Source: Podarcis vaucheri (lineage: Eukaryota). Taken from it: a stretch of 64,000 bases of DNA. The position numbers were made by a program, and so were the translations under genes. The notes under the pieces were generated by a model that did no database searches, was not told the origin of the DNA, and saw only the letters and a program-made list of their open reading frames with translations. The stretch lies in NCBI GenBank assembly GCA_965113315.1, contig OZ220371.1; one strand, 5' to 3'. The number at the start of each line of letters is the position of its first letter. Positions within the stretch are counted from its first letter, which is position 1. Of the stretch, positions 12,541 to 26,600 are shown piece after piece.

Positions 12541-15500
12541 TTCGTTTAAAGGCTGGTTGACGAAGCAGATTCTTAGCATTATTATACAAATGAAAGTACA
12601 TTAAGTCTTCATTGAACAGGTTAGCTAAAATAAAATCCATACTAAATGAAAAGAAAACTATCAGAAAATTGGTCACATATAGTATATAAGCAGAAAGCAG
12701 ACAACACATTTGATTTCCACCACCGCCCCCCTTACTGATACACCTCTTATATGTGGTGTCACTGCTTCAGGTTTCTGAGTGATACCACAATCTGTAAAAT
12801 GTTGTTCTATATATTTCTTTTATGTGAACTATCCTGCTAGCAGTGTCTAGATGAGAAGTATGGTTCCAAGCTGTGATGCAGCAGATCTCAGTGAATTATC
12901 ATCACGGCTTCTCTAGGAAAACTATCCCTTGTTTTTCTAATAAGTAAATGGATTTTCAAACAAATCTCTTTTGATTCTATTCCCCCAGGAACATGGGTCA
13001 ACGCACATGCAGTGACCTAAAGTACCCATTTATGAGAAATACACATTTTTCTCCCCCAAAAGATTCCCACAAATATACATATCTCCTGTGAGTTCTGGCC
13101 CCAATCATTTGTCTCTGTCTGTTTTGAGATTTATGAATCCTTGTTATGTGTAACAGATGTGTCTAGCTACATAAAGTGAAATTAGATGTGAGGCATTGCA
13201 GTGGAATACGCATTCTTTATATGGAATGTTATAAAGAAAAAAGCCTTCCCAAATCTCATGGTATAAGGAATGTGACCTCTGTATGAAAATAGTCCACACT
13301 TTTATAAAGAAAGCTCTGTGCATGGAATTGTGAGCCACAGAAACCCTTACATACATGGTGGAGAGAAAGGAGGAATAACAAAATAATTACAGAATTTCTG
13401 CAGACATTTAAAGGCATTTCCCCATTAAACGGGGGCAAATCAGAGGTGAAGCTACAACCACAGCATTGTTTTCTGATTTGCTTTGTACTGTTCATCAGCT
13501 GCCCTTTTGACCCAAGGACAGTTTTCTGCTCTCCAACATTTCAGTCATCAGTTACTTACAAAATTTCTGGAAAGCATCCAATATCCCATTCACTGAACAT
13601 ATTCAGCATGTCAAGACACATGACCAATGAAAATAGGACTCACATAAAATGTGGAATGAAATCAGTTCCAGGTAATATGAATCTAAATGCATCAAGAAAC
13701 TGAACATGTGAATTTGGGGTAGTATTATCAGCTGAAATGAGCTTCTTAAAAGAAGAAAAAGCTCACCGTAGACACAGTGCAAAACATGATACACAGAGGG
13801 AAGAAAATGATGTGCATCTTGAGCAAAGGGTGATATGAGACTGGACACTTGGAGCTATTGACTCATAACTTCTGTTATGCTTTATTGTAAACATCTGAGC
13901 AACTGTTATTTTATGTTTTTATATGTCCATTCCCATTGTCTTATCTAGCGTCTGTTCCATGGCAAAGGCTAATGAGCTGACGGAAGATGAATCATGACAA
14001 GACTGGAAAATGAGGTAACTAGCCTTGTTTGGAACCTTTTAACTTAGAGAAAAAGCAACGATGAGGTGACATGATAGAAGTTTACAAAGTTATATGTGAC
14101 ATGGAGTAAAGCTTCGCTCCACCTCTCATGAAAATGCAATGAAGCTGAATGTCAGGACAGAAAAAGAAAGTACTTCTTCATGCAGCACTTTTTTAAACTA
14201 TGGGACTCACTCCCACAAGAGGCAGCAATAGCCAGCAACTTAGATGGCTTTAAAAGAGGATTATACAAATTCAATATTAATTTAAATATTTAAGGCTTAT
14301 TTAATAGAATGGGTAGATGGAGCTTTCAAAATATTACATTAAAATACATCATCATTGATAAATAAAGTTCATTAGGTTTTATGAAGCTGTTCTTGGAACC
14401 TTGCAGTGTAAAGCCAGCAGAAAACAAAAATTTCTACAGAATTTTTGAATTCAGAATATTCTAAAATATACCAGCTTTACAATGCCGTATAAGAGTAGCT
14501 GCAAAAATAAGGAGCTACATGCACAGTCACTATCCTTTCAAAGGCAAACTTCAGAATCATGACTTTACAAAAGTCAGAGCTTGCTTAGAGTTTCATATCC
14601 TTTTAAAAAATATTTCAGTAGCCTCTGCATCTATCTGATATACTGAGGCCTATAAATTATACAGGAAGAAACATGCCACTTAATCCAGTAGGATTGGTAA
14701 TGCTTTCCTGTATGCCCAATAAAAATAGATCAAAGAATTTAGCGCTTGTACAGACAAATGTTAACCTGGCAAAAAATGAAACAATATTTGAGAGGCACTT
14801 TCTGAAATGAAGAAGAAAACCAGTAACTGCAGATCAAACCAACACAACAGATGTTTCTTTCATCTTCCCATTAGGAGATCTGCAAGTACCATCTGCAGTA
14901 GAAAGGTTTCCCTTTTACTCTTGAGAAGGCAAGCAAACTCAAGTAACGGCTAATTTAATATTCCACATCGACTATAGTGCTTTCTAAGTAGAACAACATG
15001 GTAAAATAGGTATTATGACGCCATATGCGTGTTGGGTAACAGATGGGGGGGGGGGGAATTGATATCAGTCCACATTTTAATACAGCTCCACCTGATGAAA
15101 ATGATGTACAAAAATGCAGTAGATATTATATTACATGTAACATTATATCGCTTATTATTGATATGCTTGCTGCCCTGAGCTACAGAAGTCATGCAATGTA
15201 CTCTTCCTTTGTTAGTAGCTAAAACACCCATGATGGGCATCATGCAGTCTCCTTGCAAACCTTCCTATTCCACGTTCCAGCTTTCTGTCCTCACTCCAGA
15301 GAACAACTAGGACTAATTGCTCTCTGACTGAAATTAGTTAGGTTCATTTCTCACTGAGTTGTTTGTTCCTTTGCTGTTAAATCTTGGGAAGGAACCAACA
15401 GTAGCCTCATGAGAACAGAAATAGCTAATTGGGGGGGGGGAGTACTGTACAACATGTACAGGAAATTCGTGCTGTGCATAATGGGATATTAATGTAAAAA

Positions 15501-15674
15501 TGGGAAGTACTGCCTTGCTGTCAAGTTGGGGATTCATCAGATAAACTCATTTCTGAATCTTGGCTGGAAAAAAGTCCATTTTTAACATTGCCACACTACT
15601 ATGAAAACTTATTAACACCCTTCCTTTCATCCTGCCAGTGCAACTTCTAAAGGAACATTATTTATTTTCAGATA

Positions 15675-15916
15675 CAGTGGTACCTCAGGTTAAGTACTTA
15701 ATTCATTCCGGAGGTCCGTACTTAACCTGAAACTTTTCTTAACCTGAAGCACCACTTTAGCTAATGGGGCCTCCTGCTGCTGCCGTGCTGCCAGAGCACA
15801 ATTTCTGTTCTCATCCTGAAGCAAAATTCTTAACCTGAAGCACTATTTCTGGGTTAGTGGAGTCTGTAACCTGAAGCGTATGTAACCTGAAGCATATGTA
15901 ACCTGAGGTACCACTG
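15675..15916. mobile_element. Tc1/mariner (Tigger-like) MITE
   Basis: TA|CAGTGGTACCTCAGGTTA ... TAACCTGAGGTACCACTG|TA. Confidence 0.9.
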
Positions 15917-17330
15917 TACCTGTTTGGTTCAGAGCGTGACTTCTACTATGCAGAGATGGTAGATCATGGGTTCACATTCAGAACATTCAGCAGCAACGAA
16001 AGTGCAATGAGCAAGACCCCTTTCTCCCTTTCTTCAGAGCTGGCAACCACATTTAGTTCCTGTGCTAAAGCTTCCCATACCCGTTGTGTGAGTAGCCAAG
16101 GCTTTTGCAGAAGAAGGAAGGGTTTCAGATTCAGGAACAGCCCTGCTCTTAAGGAACAGAGGCAATTGCCTCAGGTGGCACAAGTTGGGATCTGTGCCAG
16201 TTGGCATCCCCAGTCCCACCACTTGCCCCTCCTGACTTGACCAGCCTGGCTGCTACCCCATTGCCCCAAAATGCCCTCCTCCCTCACTGGCTTGCTATAG
16301 AAAGGGCCAATGGGATCCTTCCTCAGAACAAAGCATTCTGGGTTGGGTGGCCAGTTTGGTGTGGTGGCTAATAAGGCCTAAAATTAATTACTGCAGTGTT
16401 AAATTCCCACACACATGTCTAGTATGCATGCTCAAACCTTCCATAGGCTTGTTTAGCAGGCAGAACTATTTCAGTGAAGGTTTTTTTCCTGCATACCTTT
16501 GGGATTCTTCCAACCTGCAAGGTGGCCAAACCTTCCCTCTCCAATCACGCCTACTTTCTTAAGCTCCACTTTACTAAGAGAACAGATGATATATTTCTTT
16601 GGCAATGTCTAACATACACAAACATTAAACTACACACCCTTCGGTGGCCTTTGAGTATGAGGAGAGACGTGACTTAATTTCCTATTTTCCCCAATCTCAT
16701 GAACATTACAAGGTTTCTATTCATTAGCCAAAAAAAGAATTTCTTTTATAAAGTGCAGGAAGGAAACAATGTTTGGTGGGGAACCAAGTTCATTTTCCAT
16801 GGAAACGGGCTGAAGAAACAAATAATTGTTTAGGGCAGGGGAAAGCTGTTTCTCCTGTTTGCTGCAAACACATACACAACCATTATTGTGCATTTTGATT
16901 TCAGTTTTGTCAGTTTTATATACTGTACATATTGATTCTAACTGTTGTTGATGCTGGCCCAAATCTAGGGAAAGTTAAATAATAGTACCAATTATGTTGT
17001 ATTGATTTCAGTGGAACTAAATTAGTATGCCTTTCTTGGGATTTGGGCCAATGTGTTTTTATTTATTTCCATTTGTAATACAGTTGTGCAAATCATAATG
17101 GCGGACACTATTAATACTGGTACATATTCATATTAGCAGTCCACGTGGCATGGATACATCAGTGGTTATATTCCCATATTCTAGGTTCAACTGATTCAGC
17201 CTTCTTCAACCTGTTCTTTGGGACTACATCTCCCATCAGGTTCAGTCAGTATGGCCAACGGTTAAGGGGGATGGGATGAATGGTTCTCCAAATACGTGGA
17301 GGGCACCAGGTTGGGCAAGAATGCACTAGT

Positions 17331-17575
17331 AGAAGAAGAAGAGTTTGGATTTGATATCCCACTTTATCACTACCCTAAGGAGTCTCAAAGCGGCTAACAT
17401 TCTCCTTTCTCTTCCTCCCCCACAACAAACACTCTGTGAGGTGAGTGAGGCTGAGAGACTTCAGAGAAGTGTGACTGGCCCAAGGTCACCCAGCAGCTGC
17501 ATGTGGAGGAGCGGGGAATCAAACCCAGTTCACCAGATTACAAGTCCACCGCTCTTAACCACTACACCACACTGG
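17331..17575 (-). mobile_element. tRNA-derived SINE with L2-like 3' end and (CTT)n tail (Squam3-like)
   Basis: Minus strand shows A-box-like tggtgtagtgg, B-box-like ggtttgattcc, CORE-like gtgaccttgggccagtcac and a (TCT)n tail. Confidence 0.75.
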
Positions 17576-18044
17576 ATCAAAAGCATGCTACATACGATCA
17601 GCTTCAATACATGGAATTGTGGGGGCAGAAAAGTGATCCTCCCTTGTCCCAGGCAGCAAACTGTCTTGGGCTAGTCCTGACTCCATGAACAGATCAAACA
17701 TTCTTGCTTGGAACCTATTTATTTCTTTAAAAAAACATTTAAACGCTATGGCAGTCAAATTAAAAAGAATAGGTTAGGAAGCAGAACCAATTCAAAATGC
17801 TATAATCTGCAGCCAAGAGGACAAAAGAAAAGTGGTCGGGGAAGAGAGAAATCATCCAAGAATCTGCCTTTATAAAATATGAACGGATTATCAATAAGCC
17901 ACGGTTCCTCCTTTCCCAGAAGATACAATACAGCCTATGATTTCTTGCAACAATGCCCAGCCTACAGAAGGCATAAATGCTAGCCAAGATATTGCCTCTT
18001 ACCCTCCTTCCCAAACCCTTAGGAAATAATGCGACAAGTGAGTA

Positions 18045-18285
18045 CAGTGGTACCTCTAGTTACGAACTTAATTCGTTCCGGAGGTCCGTTCTTAACCTGA
18101 AACTGTTCTTACCTAGAGGCGTGCTTTCGCTAATGGGGCCTCTTGCTGCTGCTGCGCCGCCGGCACATGATTTCTGATCTCATCCTGGGGCAAAGTTCTC
18201 AACTCGAGGTAACTCTTCCAGGTTAGCGGAGTTTGTAACCTGAAGCATTTGTAACCTGAGGTGTTTGTAACTCGAGGTACCACTG
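18045..18285. mobile_element. Tc1/mariner (Tigger-like) MITE, same family as 15675-15916
   Basis: TA|CAGTGGTACCTC ... GAGGTACCACTG|TA with a similar interior. Confidence 0.9.
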
Positions 18286-19397
18286 TAATAAAAAATGGCA
18301 TAGATTTCAGAATATGCTCTAGAACTTTCTAATCAAATGTCTTTTGCTCATAAAGAATTAGCCTGCTTGTACCAGGCTGTTTCTGCAACACTCATAGAAA
18401 AAGGGAAAAATAATAGAGAGACATCTGAAATGGCTGCCACACAGCTGTGGAATTCTGTCCTTTGAGGACTTGCAAAGGCCCAAATGCGGACATTTCTTGG
18501 AAGCAGTGTAAAACTTTATAAATAAATTTGGTGGCACAGACTGAGACAATAAAGGGCAATGTTTCAGGTTTTCAATCTTGAAACAGTTTTTGATTAGATC
18601 ATTGATACTACTGTACCACATGCCAAGTCTTAATAATAATAATAATTTTATTATTATTTTATATCCCGCCCATCTGGCTGGGTTCCCCCAGCCATTCTGG
18701 GTGGCTTACAGCATATATAAAGCTTCTTAGAATTCCTAAGCAACACTGGATATGAAGCTAGCTAATAGTAATGGGATGGCCTATGCTGAACACATCAGCA
18801 AAATAAATGAAATAAATTAATGAACCTACATGATTGATGCTTATTATCTCCAGTAGATTTACTCTGAGTAGGGCTAGCTTTGTGCACAACACAAAATTGC
18901 AATTTGATGAAGAAATGAGACAAGCTGAATTTAAGATTGGGAAAATTAGGAACCGAGAAACGACAAAATTGGCATGATTCATCTATCTCTATATAAAATA
19001 AAGTCACATTAAAGCTGAAGGCAGGCTCAAAAATCCACAATGCATGAGAGACCAGGTGTTCTTCCTGCTTTGTCTTTCACGGGAAACCTAGGAGGTCCTG
19101 GTGGGCAAATTGAAACCTGCAGGGAATGAGTTAGTGACCCATACACTGGAACGTGCAAGATTATAACCCAATTTTGTGTGAATAAACGATCCATTTGGAA
19201 ACCCCAGTATTCATGCTCAAAATAAAACAAAGCAGAAAGCTCTGATTTTAAGGGGCTTTAAACTTCCTTCTTTGCTCTTTTCTGGCACTTAAAATGCATC
19301 AGCACTTTGGCTCACATGAACTTTCCTCGTCAGTAAATATGCTGGCTCTGTGGAGTATGCTACATGGGTCAAATATTCCTGAACTTAAGCAATAATT

Positions 19398-20750
19398 TCA
19401 GTGGCTTTCGATACAATCAACCATAGTTTTCCTTCTGGAGCAACTGTCATAGCTGTCAACGTTTCCCTTTTTTAAAGGGAAATTCCCTTATTCTGAATAG
19501 GATTCCTCACAAGAAAAGGGAAACGTTGACAGCTATGGTGACTGTCCGAACTCGGGGTAGGTGGCACCGCTTTGTGGTGGTTGAAGTCCTACTTGGATGG
19601 TCGTTCCCACAGGGTGTCACTTGGGGAATGCTTTTCAGCCCTGTGGAACCTTCAATGTGGAGTTCTGCAGGGCTAAATCCTATTCCCCACATTGTTTAAC
19701 ATCTACATGAAATTACTGGGTGGGGTTATCGGGAGGTTTGGAGTACATTGTCAGCAGTATGCTGATGACACTCAGCTCTATTTCTCCTTTACATCTTCAG
19801 GTGAGGCAGTGGAAGTGCTGGCCTCAGTAATGGACTGGATGAGAGCCAACAAACTAAAACTCAATCCAGATAAGACTGAGGTACTGTTAGTGGGTGGTTC
19901 CCTAGACCGGATGGGTGGGAGATCACCTGCTCTTGATGGGGTTACACTTCCTCTGAAGGAGAAGGTTCGTAGCTTGGGGGTACTCCTGGATTCTTTGCTG
20001 TGGCTCGAGGCTCAGGTGGCCTTAGTGGCCCCGAGTGCCTTCCATCAGCTTCAACTCAGGGCCCAGCTATGCCCCTATCTGGACAGGGATAGCTTAACCA
20101 CTGTTGTCTATGCTCTGGTAACCTCAAAGTTAGATTACTGCAATGTGTTATACATATTGCCTCTAAAGATGGTTCAGAAACTTCAGCTAGTGCACAATTC
20201 AGCAGCCAGGTTGCTCACTGGAGCATATTACATCAATCCTGGTCCAACTGCACTGGCTACCAATTAGCTCCCATGCCCAATTCAAAGTGCTGGTTTTGAC
20301 CTATAAAGCCTTAAATGGCTCAGGAACGCAATACCTCAAGGACCGCCTCTTTCCCTATGAACCCAGAAATCATCTTCTGAGGCCCTTCTTCCTGTGCCTC
20401 TCCCTCGAGAGGTCCATAGGGTGGCAATACAAAAATGGGCCTTCTCTGCAGTGGCTCCCTGTCTGTGGAATGCTCTCCCCAGGGAAGTTCGCCTGGCAAC
20501 TTCATTATACTTTTCGGCGCCAGGCAAAAATGTTCCTTTTTAACCAGGCCTTTAGTTGATTTGATTGACATCCTATGCCCTTTTAAAATGTGGTGTCTCT
20601 TGGGGGGGGAGGTTATTGGGTTGTTGCTTTTAGTTTGATTATATATTTTGTGGTTTTATATTTGATTTTATTCTGTGAATTGCACTAAGACCTCCGGGTA
20701 TAGGGTGGTATATGAATTCAACAAATAATAATAAAATCAATAAATAATTT
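19398..20750 (+). mobile_element. 5'-truncated, decayed L2/CR1-clade LINE (RT domain, 3' UTR, (AAT)n tail)
   Basis: AFDTI-H-like motif at ~19405; ORF 19692-20267 with QYADDTQLY, WMRANKLKLNPDKTE and LDYCN; frameshifts downstream. Confidence 0.9.
19448..19537. mobile_element. 90-bp hAT-type MITE inserted in the LINE RT region
   Basis: Perfect 24-bp TIRs CATAGCTGTCAACGTTTCCCTTTT; 8-bp TSD GCAACTGT/GTGACTGT. Confidence 0.88.
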
Positions 20751-20880
20751 CCAAATCTCAAAGAAGCTGTGTTGGTTATATGAGTAATGTCACATGAACA
20801 AACATTTCCACAAAGGAACAGTCAGGGTTCAATGTCCTCATGAAATGTCTAAATACATAAGAGAGAGCCATCCTGTAAAG

Positions 20881-20996
20881 CAGGGGTGGTCCTCCAGATG
20901 TTCTTGGACTCCAGCTCCCATGAGCCTCAGCCAGCATGACCAATAACCAGGGATGATAGGAGCTGTAGATGAGCAACATCTGGAGAACCACCCTGG
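20881..20996. mobile_element. hAT MITE
   Basis: caggggtgg...ccaccctgg termini; 8-bp TSD CTGTAAAG; internal palindrome. Confidence 0.8.
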
Positions 20997-22116
20997 CTGT
21001 AAAGGGGGAAACGGAGAGGTGTGACAGATATGTTTTTCTGGTAGCCAATTTGTAGCTTACTTTCCTTGATGTGATTTAATTATACCACAATGCTGTGAAA
21101 ATATGAGTGGACTAATTTTCCTATTTTGCACAGTTTTGCAAAATACTTTTATATTTTATGGGGGATACATTGTCTTTTCACAAACTTTCATTTTTTCCCC
21201 TCTTGATAGCTTGTTTATAGCTTAAAGGCCTGCTTCTTATATCCTTATTTCCTCTTATAGAATTTGATAACATTGCAAGTCCAAAAGTTAATTTTAGGTC
21301 ACTGATATTTTTAGTTTTTTGGGTTTGTGCTTCCTTTTGTGGAAAACAGGAAGTCCATCATCTTTCTCTTTTCTTTTCCTGAATTCTGTTGCATCTTCTT
21401 TTTTTGCTCTTTAGGGTCAAGGGGGTGCAAGGCCTAAGAGGATAAAGCTGTTTTTTCAACATTCCCAAATTAAGGCGGCTTCGGATAGGAGATAGCTCCC
21501 ACCATCTGTCAGACATAGTTCTCACACTTCAGGCAACTGCTTTAAACACTGGCATACTTTCTTCTGTGTTTGTTATGAATTGCTGCCAAATCTGGACATG
21601 TTTCACATGGCCCAACAAAGAATATCACTGATAATAAGTCAAGCTCACATTGCTCGGATGGCCTTCGAGGAATGCCAGATTAATTCCTGACGGGAAAATA
21701 TCATTCCTCAGATGACGCTAATATGACACAATGAGATCACAATTGCAGCACAAAAGTCTTGCAAGGAAAACCAGGAGGGGGACCATGGTTCATGGTATGC
21801 ATGCAGAAAGTTCCAGATTCAATCCTCTGGCATCTCCAGTTAAAAGGATCAGGTAGCAGATGATGTGTGCGATCAGAAATAAGTTTTATTTCTGACAAAG
21901 AAAACAGAAAATGGAATTGCTAATACATTGGATTTGGAGGGGGGGCTAAAGATGCTTTCAATATTAATTATATCTTTCTGCTTGCCCACTCCCCATAATC
22001 AATTTATATATTTATAAATAGCTAAAATTAAAATGCTGCAAGTCCCCGGAAGATTTTCACAAAATTGAAAAAAAATCTGTCCTAGAGGTTCTTATCTTAC
22101 AGGAAAACTAGAAAGC

Positions 22117-22188
22117 TTTCCTTCTTTCTTTCTTTCTTTCTTTCCTTCTTCTTTCTTTCTTTCTTTCTTTCCTTCTTTCTTTCTTTCT
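22117..22188. repeat. (TTTC)n microsatellite
   Basis: Seen directly. Confidence 0.9.
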
Positions 22189-23248
22189 ACATTTCTGTTA
22201 TACATTTCTTTTGCTGGTCCCACTTTTATATTTGGTCAATCCTCCCTAAATCACTGATCATAGGTTGTCACTCTGAAAGGACAGTCAATGAAAGTATTAT
22301 TTGAATGTGTCAAGTTATCCCAGAGCTAAACAGATTCTGGAATGCAAAACCTCTCCATGCTTATGAATGCAAATACATTACTTCACAAAGGCATAAAAAA
22401 AGAAAAATGTTGGCACGTTGTGGAAAGTAACAGCTGCCTTCATTTTGTCATGTTTCCCTTTCTGTTAAAAAAACCAAAACATCACTCTCTTATTCCATGC
22501 TGAAATACAGGCAGCTGTTCTATAAAGTGGAACTAAAGATCTGTTGGCAAACAGGGTTTTTTTCCTTCCAGAAAGTCTGCAATTTAGAGCTGCTTTAATA
22601 TAGATTTTTCTGTGGGAGGAAAATCCTTTTTTATCAGTTTTGTAGAGGTATAATTTGTGCATATATCTGACTTGAAAAGAACTGGGGAATAAGCCAAAAG
22701 GGTGCTGTGTTTTGTTGTATTACTTATTATTTTATCTATTCCAAATGTATATTTTCCCAACGATGTTTCCTTCCCCCAGATTATTGATTTACTGGCAGCC
22801 TTAATGTTACTTGGGAATTCTAATTAAAAAAACAACCATTGCAGTTTTGAAATCCGTGATTAACTCAGGATCTGTATGCAAAAAGTTGGTTACAAGCTGA
22901 AGAGGTGTCCAAATTTATAGTGAACAAACAACTTTCCAAAATATATATTACATTTTTCATGTCCCTGTTGTAACGTCTGATATACCTGTGGCATTCAAGC
23001 TACAGGTCAGTCATTCCAGATTTATAAGAGAGAATTTGGGTAGCCACAGCTCTGAGTACCACAATTCTTAGAACCTGGACTTCTTTGTCTTCCCCAGGTG
23101 CTTCAAAGCAAATAAGAAGCCCTTCATGCAGTTTTAACAACTTAAGAGACTTCTGGATCAAATCATAGACCAGACTGAGATTAAATCCTCATTTAATGTA
23201 TTGGTGCTAAAGAGCAAGAATTTACCCTTTTCTAAAATCATCACCAAA

Positions 23249-23604
23249 GGGCTGGCACTGTGGGTTAAACTACAGAGCCTAGGACTTGGCGATCAGAAGG
23301 CTGGTAGTTCAAATCCCCGTGATGGGGTGAGCTCCCGTTGCTCAGTCCCTGCTCCTGCCAACCTAGCAGTTCGAAAGCACATCAAAGTGCAAGTAGATAA
23401 ATAGGTACCGCTCCAGCGGAAAAGTAAACGGCATTTCCAGGCGCTGCTCTGGTTCGCCAGAAGCGGTTTAGTCATGCTGGCCACATAATCCGGAAGCTGT
23501 CTTCAGACAAACGCCAGCTCCCTCAGCCTATAGAGCAAGATGAGCGCTGCAACCCCAGAGTCATCCGCGACCAGACCTAATGGTCAGGGGTACCTTTACC
23601 TTTA
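23249..23604 (+). mobile_element. Sauria SINE
   Basis: tRNA-like head (tggcactgtggg...agttcaaatcc), characteristic body, tail ...tacctttaccttt. Confidence 0.9.
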
Positions 23605-26600
23605 ATTATTTTTTTCTATGTTTTTAGTTGATAACTACAGTAGAAATGCCACTAGCTTTGGGAGGGGTTCTGATTCAAAACACATAGTATTGTTACAATC
23701 CAGTCAAGATCTGTTTTCATAAAACAGTGCAGGTTCATTTAATAAGGAAAGAGGAGGGGACCACACCACTCCTTTAGCAGCACTCTGTTTCATATGATGT
23801 CCTTGGCTCTTCAAGGAAAGTGGACACAAGAGGCTTACACTCTTCAGTTACACAGCTGCTCATAGCAGATGTTGTCCTTTAGGGGAAGATCATTCTTCAT
23901 TTATCCTGGTGGCTGGCCAGTTGTGGGGGGGATAAAGGAGGCCCGAGTGAAGTCTGAGAGCCAACGTGGTGTATTCTCAGACTTATTCAGGTCAGAAAAT
24001 TAGCATATTTTTCAAGAAGAAGAAAAAACCCTGGCATATTGAAAACACGTTCTGGCCTAGCCAATGCACTTTTTATTTACCTGGGAAAGCATTTAAACAT
24101 GTGGCCTTCTGGCCAGAGCTGGCCCTACCATTAGGCAGAAGAAGGTAGCCATCTTGGGCAGCTGATTCTGGGTGTCATGAAACGGAAGAAAATATTGTTG
24201 TATTATTACTGCTAGGGAGGGGAAGAGGTGTTTCTGGGATTTGCCTCCCAACCTTGGGTGCCAAAATAACTTGTCCAGTTATGCCACTTCATGTGCGTGT
24301 AAGCCCTGTTCTCCACCTGCATTCTTAAGTGGTACATTCCCAGAAGTATGACATGATTTTGAGCATCAGCCAGTTTATGTTGTTTGAAGTTATTGCCATT
24401 GCTTTCCACCTCAAATACACAAGATTAGCTTTGAACCTAAATATGTTTGGAAGAGCAAGCACAGAAAAACCCAGAGGATATATTTAAAGGCAAGATATTG
24501 GCAACCATTACAAGTCAAATGAATAAACAACTAAAAATATTTCCATCAAACAAGGTTTCATAATCTATCTTGGGTTGTTTTTCTAAGCTAAGCTTATTCA
24601 AGTTTAAAAATAAATTAGCGACCTGTGCTTTTCAATAGAGTTAATATAATTACTTCAAAGCATCCAATATTTATAAAGCTGTGAAATACTGTTTTTAGTT
24701 TTTTGTGTGTTTTTTACCAAGACAACAGCAGAGACATTTTTTAAAATCCTCTTATAAAACCAAAAGTATATTTAACATCAACAGTGCAAGTGAAATATGC
24801 TAATGCTGCAAAAATATACATAAATTCAAAGCACAAACATAGATGGAATCAACTGCAAAGTTGTTACCAACAACACAATCCACATTACTCTGTATTAATA
24901 TTCTAGTGTGTCTTGCTAATATTTCAAATACATGTTTGCTTGGTTTTTACTTTCATTATTTAATTTCTATACATGCTTTCTTCTAGATAGAGGATAGAGT
25001 TGCCTGCTCTCAATACACTTCATCTTTTACAGTAATGTTTGCCAGCAAGAGTTTCATTAAAATTTCATTATACTGATGGTCTAATACAATGTGTTTTAAA
25101 AGGACAGTGCACATTCAGGTCAGGTTCCATGTTGACCACAAAGATAAGTCCCAGAAAGTTCAGAGTCTGATTATAATTTCTGGTGTCTGCCAGTTCAGAC
25201 ATAAGAAGGGACTGTTTCTTATCTAGCCTTGTCTCCTTGGGTAAACTGTGAGCATGGAGGAATGAACACCCATCTCTCCAGTATATGCAAAGACTCCTAG
25301 CACCAAGTGTGCAAAAAGAATTTATTCACAAGTCTCTATTAAACTGGATGGGAACGATTGGGGGGGTGTTTCGTGTGTGTAATGCTGAGCTCCAAATTGG
25401 AGCATTTCTCCTTAATGTAAAAAACAACAATAAACACAGTTTTGTAAATAAGTGAGCACTGCAATGGGGATCTGAACAGACCTGTTTTATCATTTGCAGC
25501 AAGAGAAAGCAGGGGATTCCTTAGCGTGAGAACAGCCAGCAAACTTCCCTAGATTTTATAATTATGAAAATATTCAGAGTTGTTTAAAAGTTGGCATTTC
25601 ACCCAATATTTTTCTTGAATATTTCTCCCACACAAAAGAGCTTGGATTCTTTGCTACTCCCATTGCTTCAGACTAGTCTGGAATGTGAAAATATGTCTGA
25701 TCCCATGTGCCCATAAATGGAAAGTAGCCTGATACAGATTCTTACAAAATAAGTGACTGAAACAAGTGTACGCTGCTCCGTGTTTGCCTGGGAAAGCTTT
25801 GTTTCTTAGTTCATTTTGTCCCGTTTCCCAGGCTGGAATAAAAGCCTGCTGCTTAATTTAGCTGTCACCCTTGCCCCAGCAGTTAAGGTGAGCAGGGGAA
25901 AAAATGTAATAGCATGTAAATGCCTGTGGCGAGTGCTTGTTTAGAACAAGCCACAGTTAGGGAAACTGGCACACAAAACACAGGGCTGGATTTATGGATA
26001 CAAAAAAAGGGTGGTTTTCTTTCAGGGACAAACACAGGCCATCATAATATGAGCTATTCAATCATTTACATTCAGCATGCCGCCATCATGCGTGTGTATA
26101 ATTAGATACAGGAGTGATTGCAATCTCTCATACAAAGAACAACAGGGGGGAAGCTACTTTGAGAACTTATATTGCAGTGGTGTTGTGGCCTGTGGGGTGA
26201 GGTTGGTTTTATGCTTTCTGTTGATGCAGTTTCAGCCAAGCCCTTCTGTCATTTGCACCTGAATGAATAAAGGGCAACCACCTGAGAATGAGATTCTGTA
26301 CGACCTGAAACCTATGACCCAGAGACTTAGGTTGGTTAATCTATACTTTAAAACACACTCATCAAACTATACATTTTAGGATTCTTTGGTGAGACACAGG
26401 ACAATGCAGCTGGTCAATATGAAGCTATACAAATACTAAAGACTCTTGAGGCAGACTCTGTCTCCAGGATACTAGAGGTGCATTTGCCTCCATCCCATCA
26501 TGAGTTCAAAGCCTATATGCTAACAATGAGATTGAAAAACCAGAACACAATGCTTTATGTCAAGCTTCCATACTAGTGACAATACCGATATTCATGTCCC

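Noticed and set aside
15820-15916. Repeated TAACCTGAAGC units resembling a CRISPR-like array
   Set aside because: These are subterminal repeats of a Tigger-like MITE in a vertebrate genome; there is no spacer structure and no cas genes.
19692-20267. Functional reverse transcriptase
   Set aside because: 5'-truncated, frameshifted and interrupted by a MITE; a dead LINE copy.
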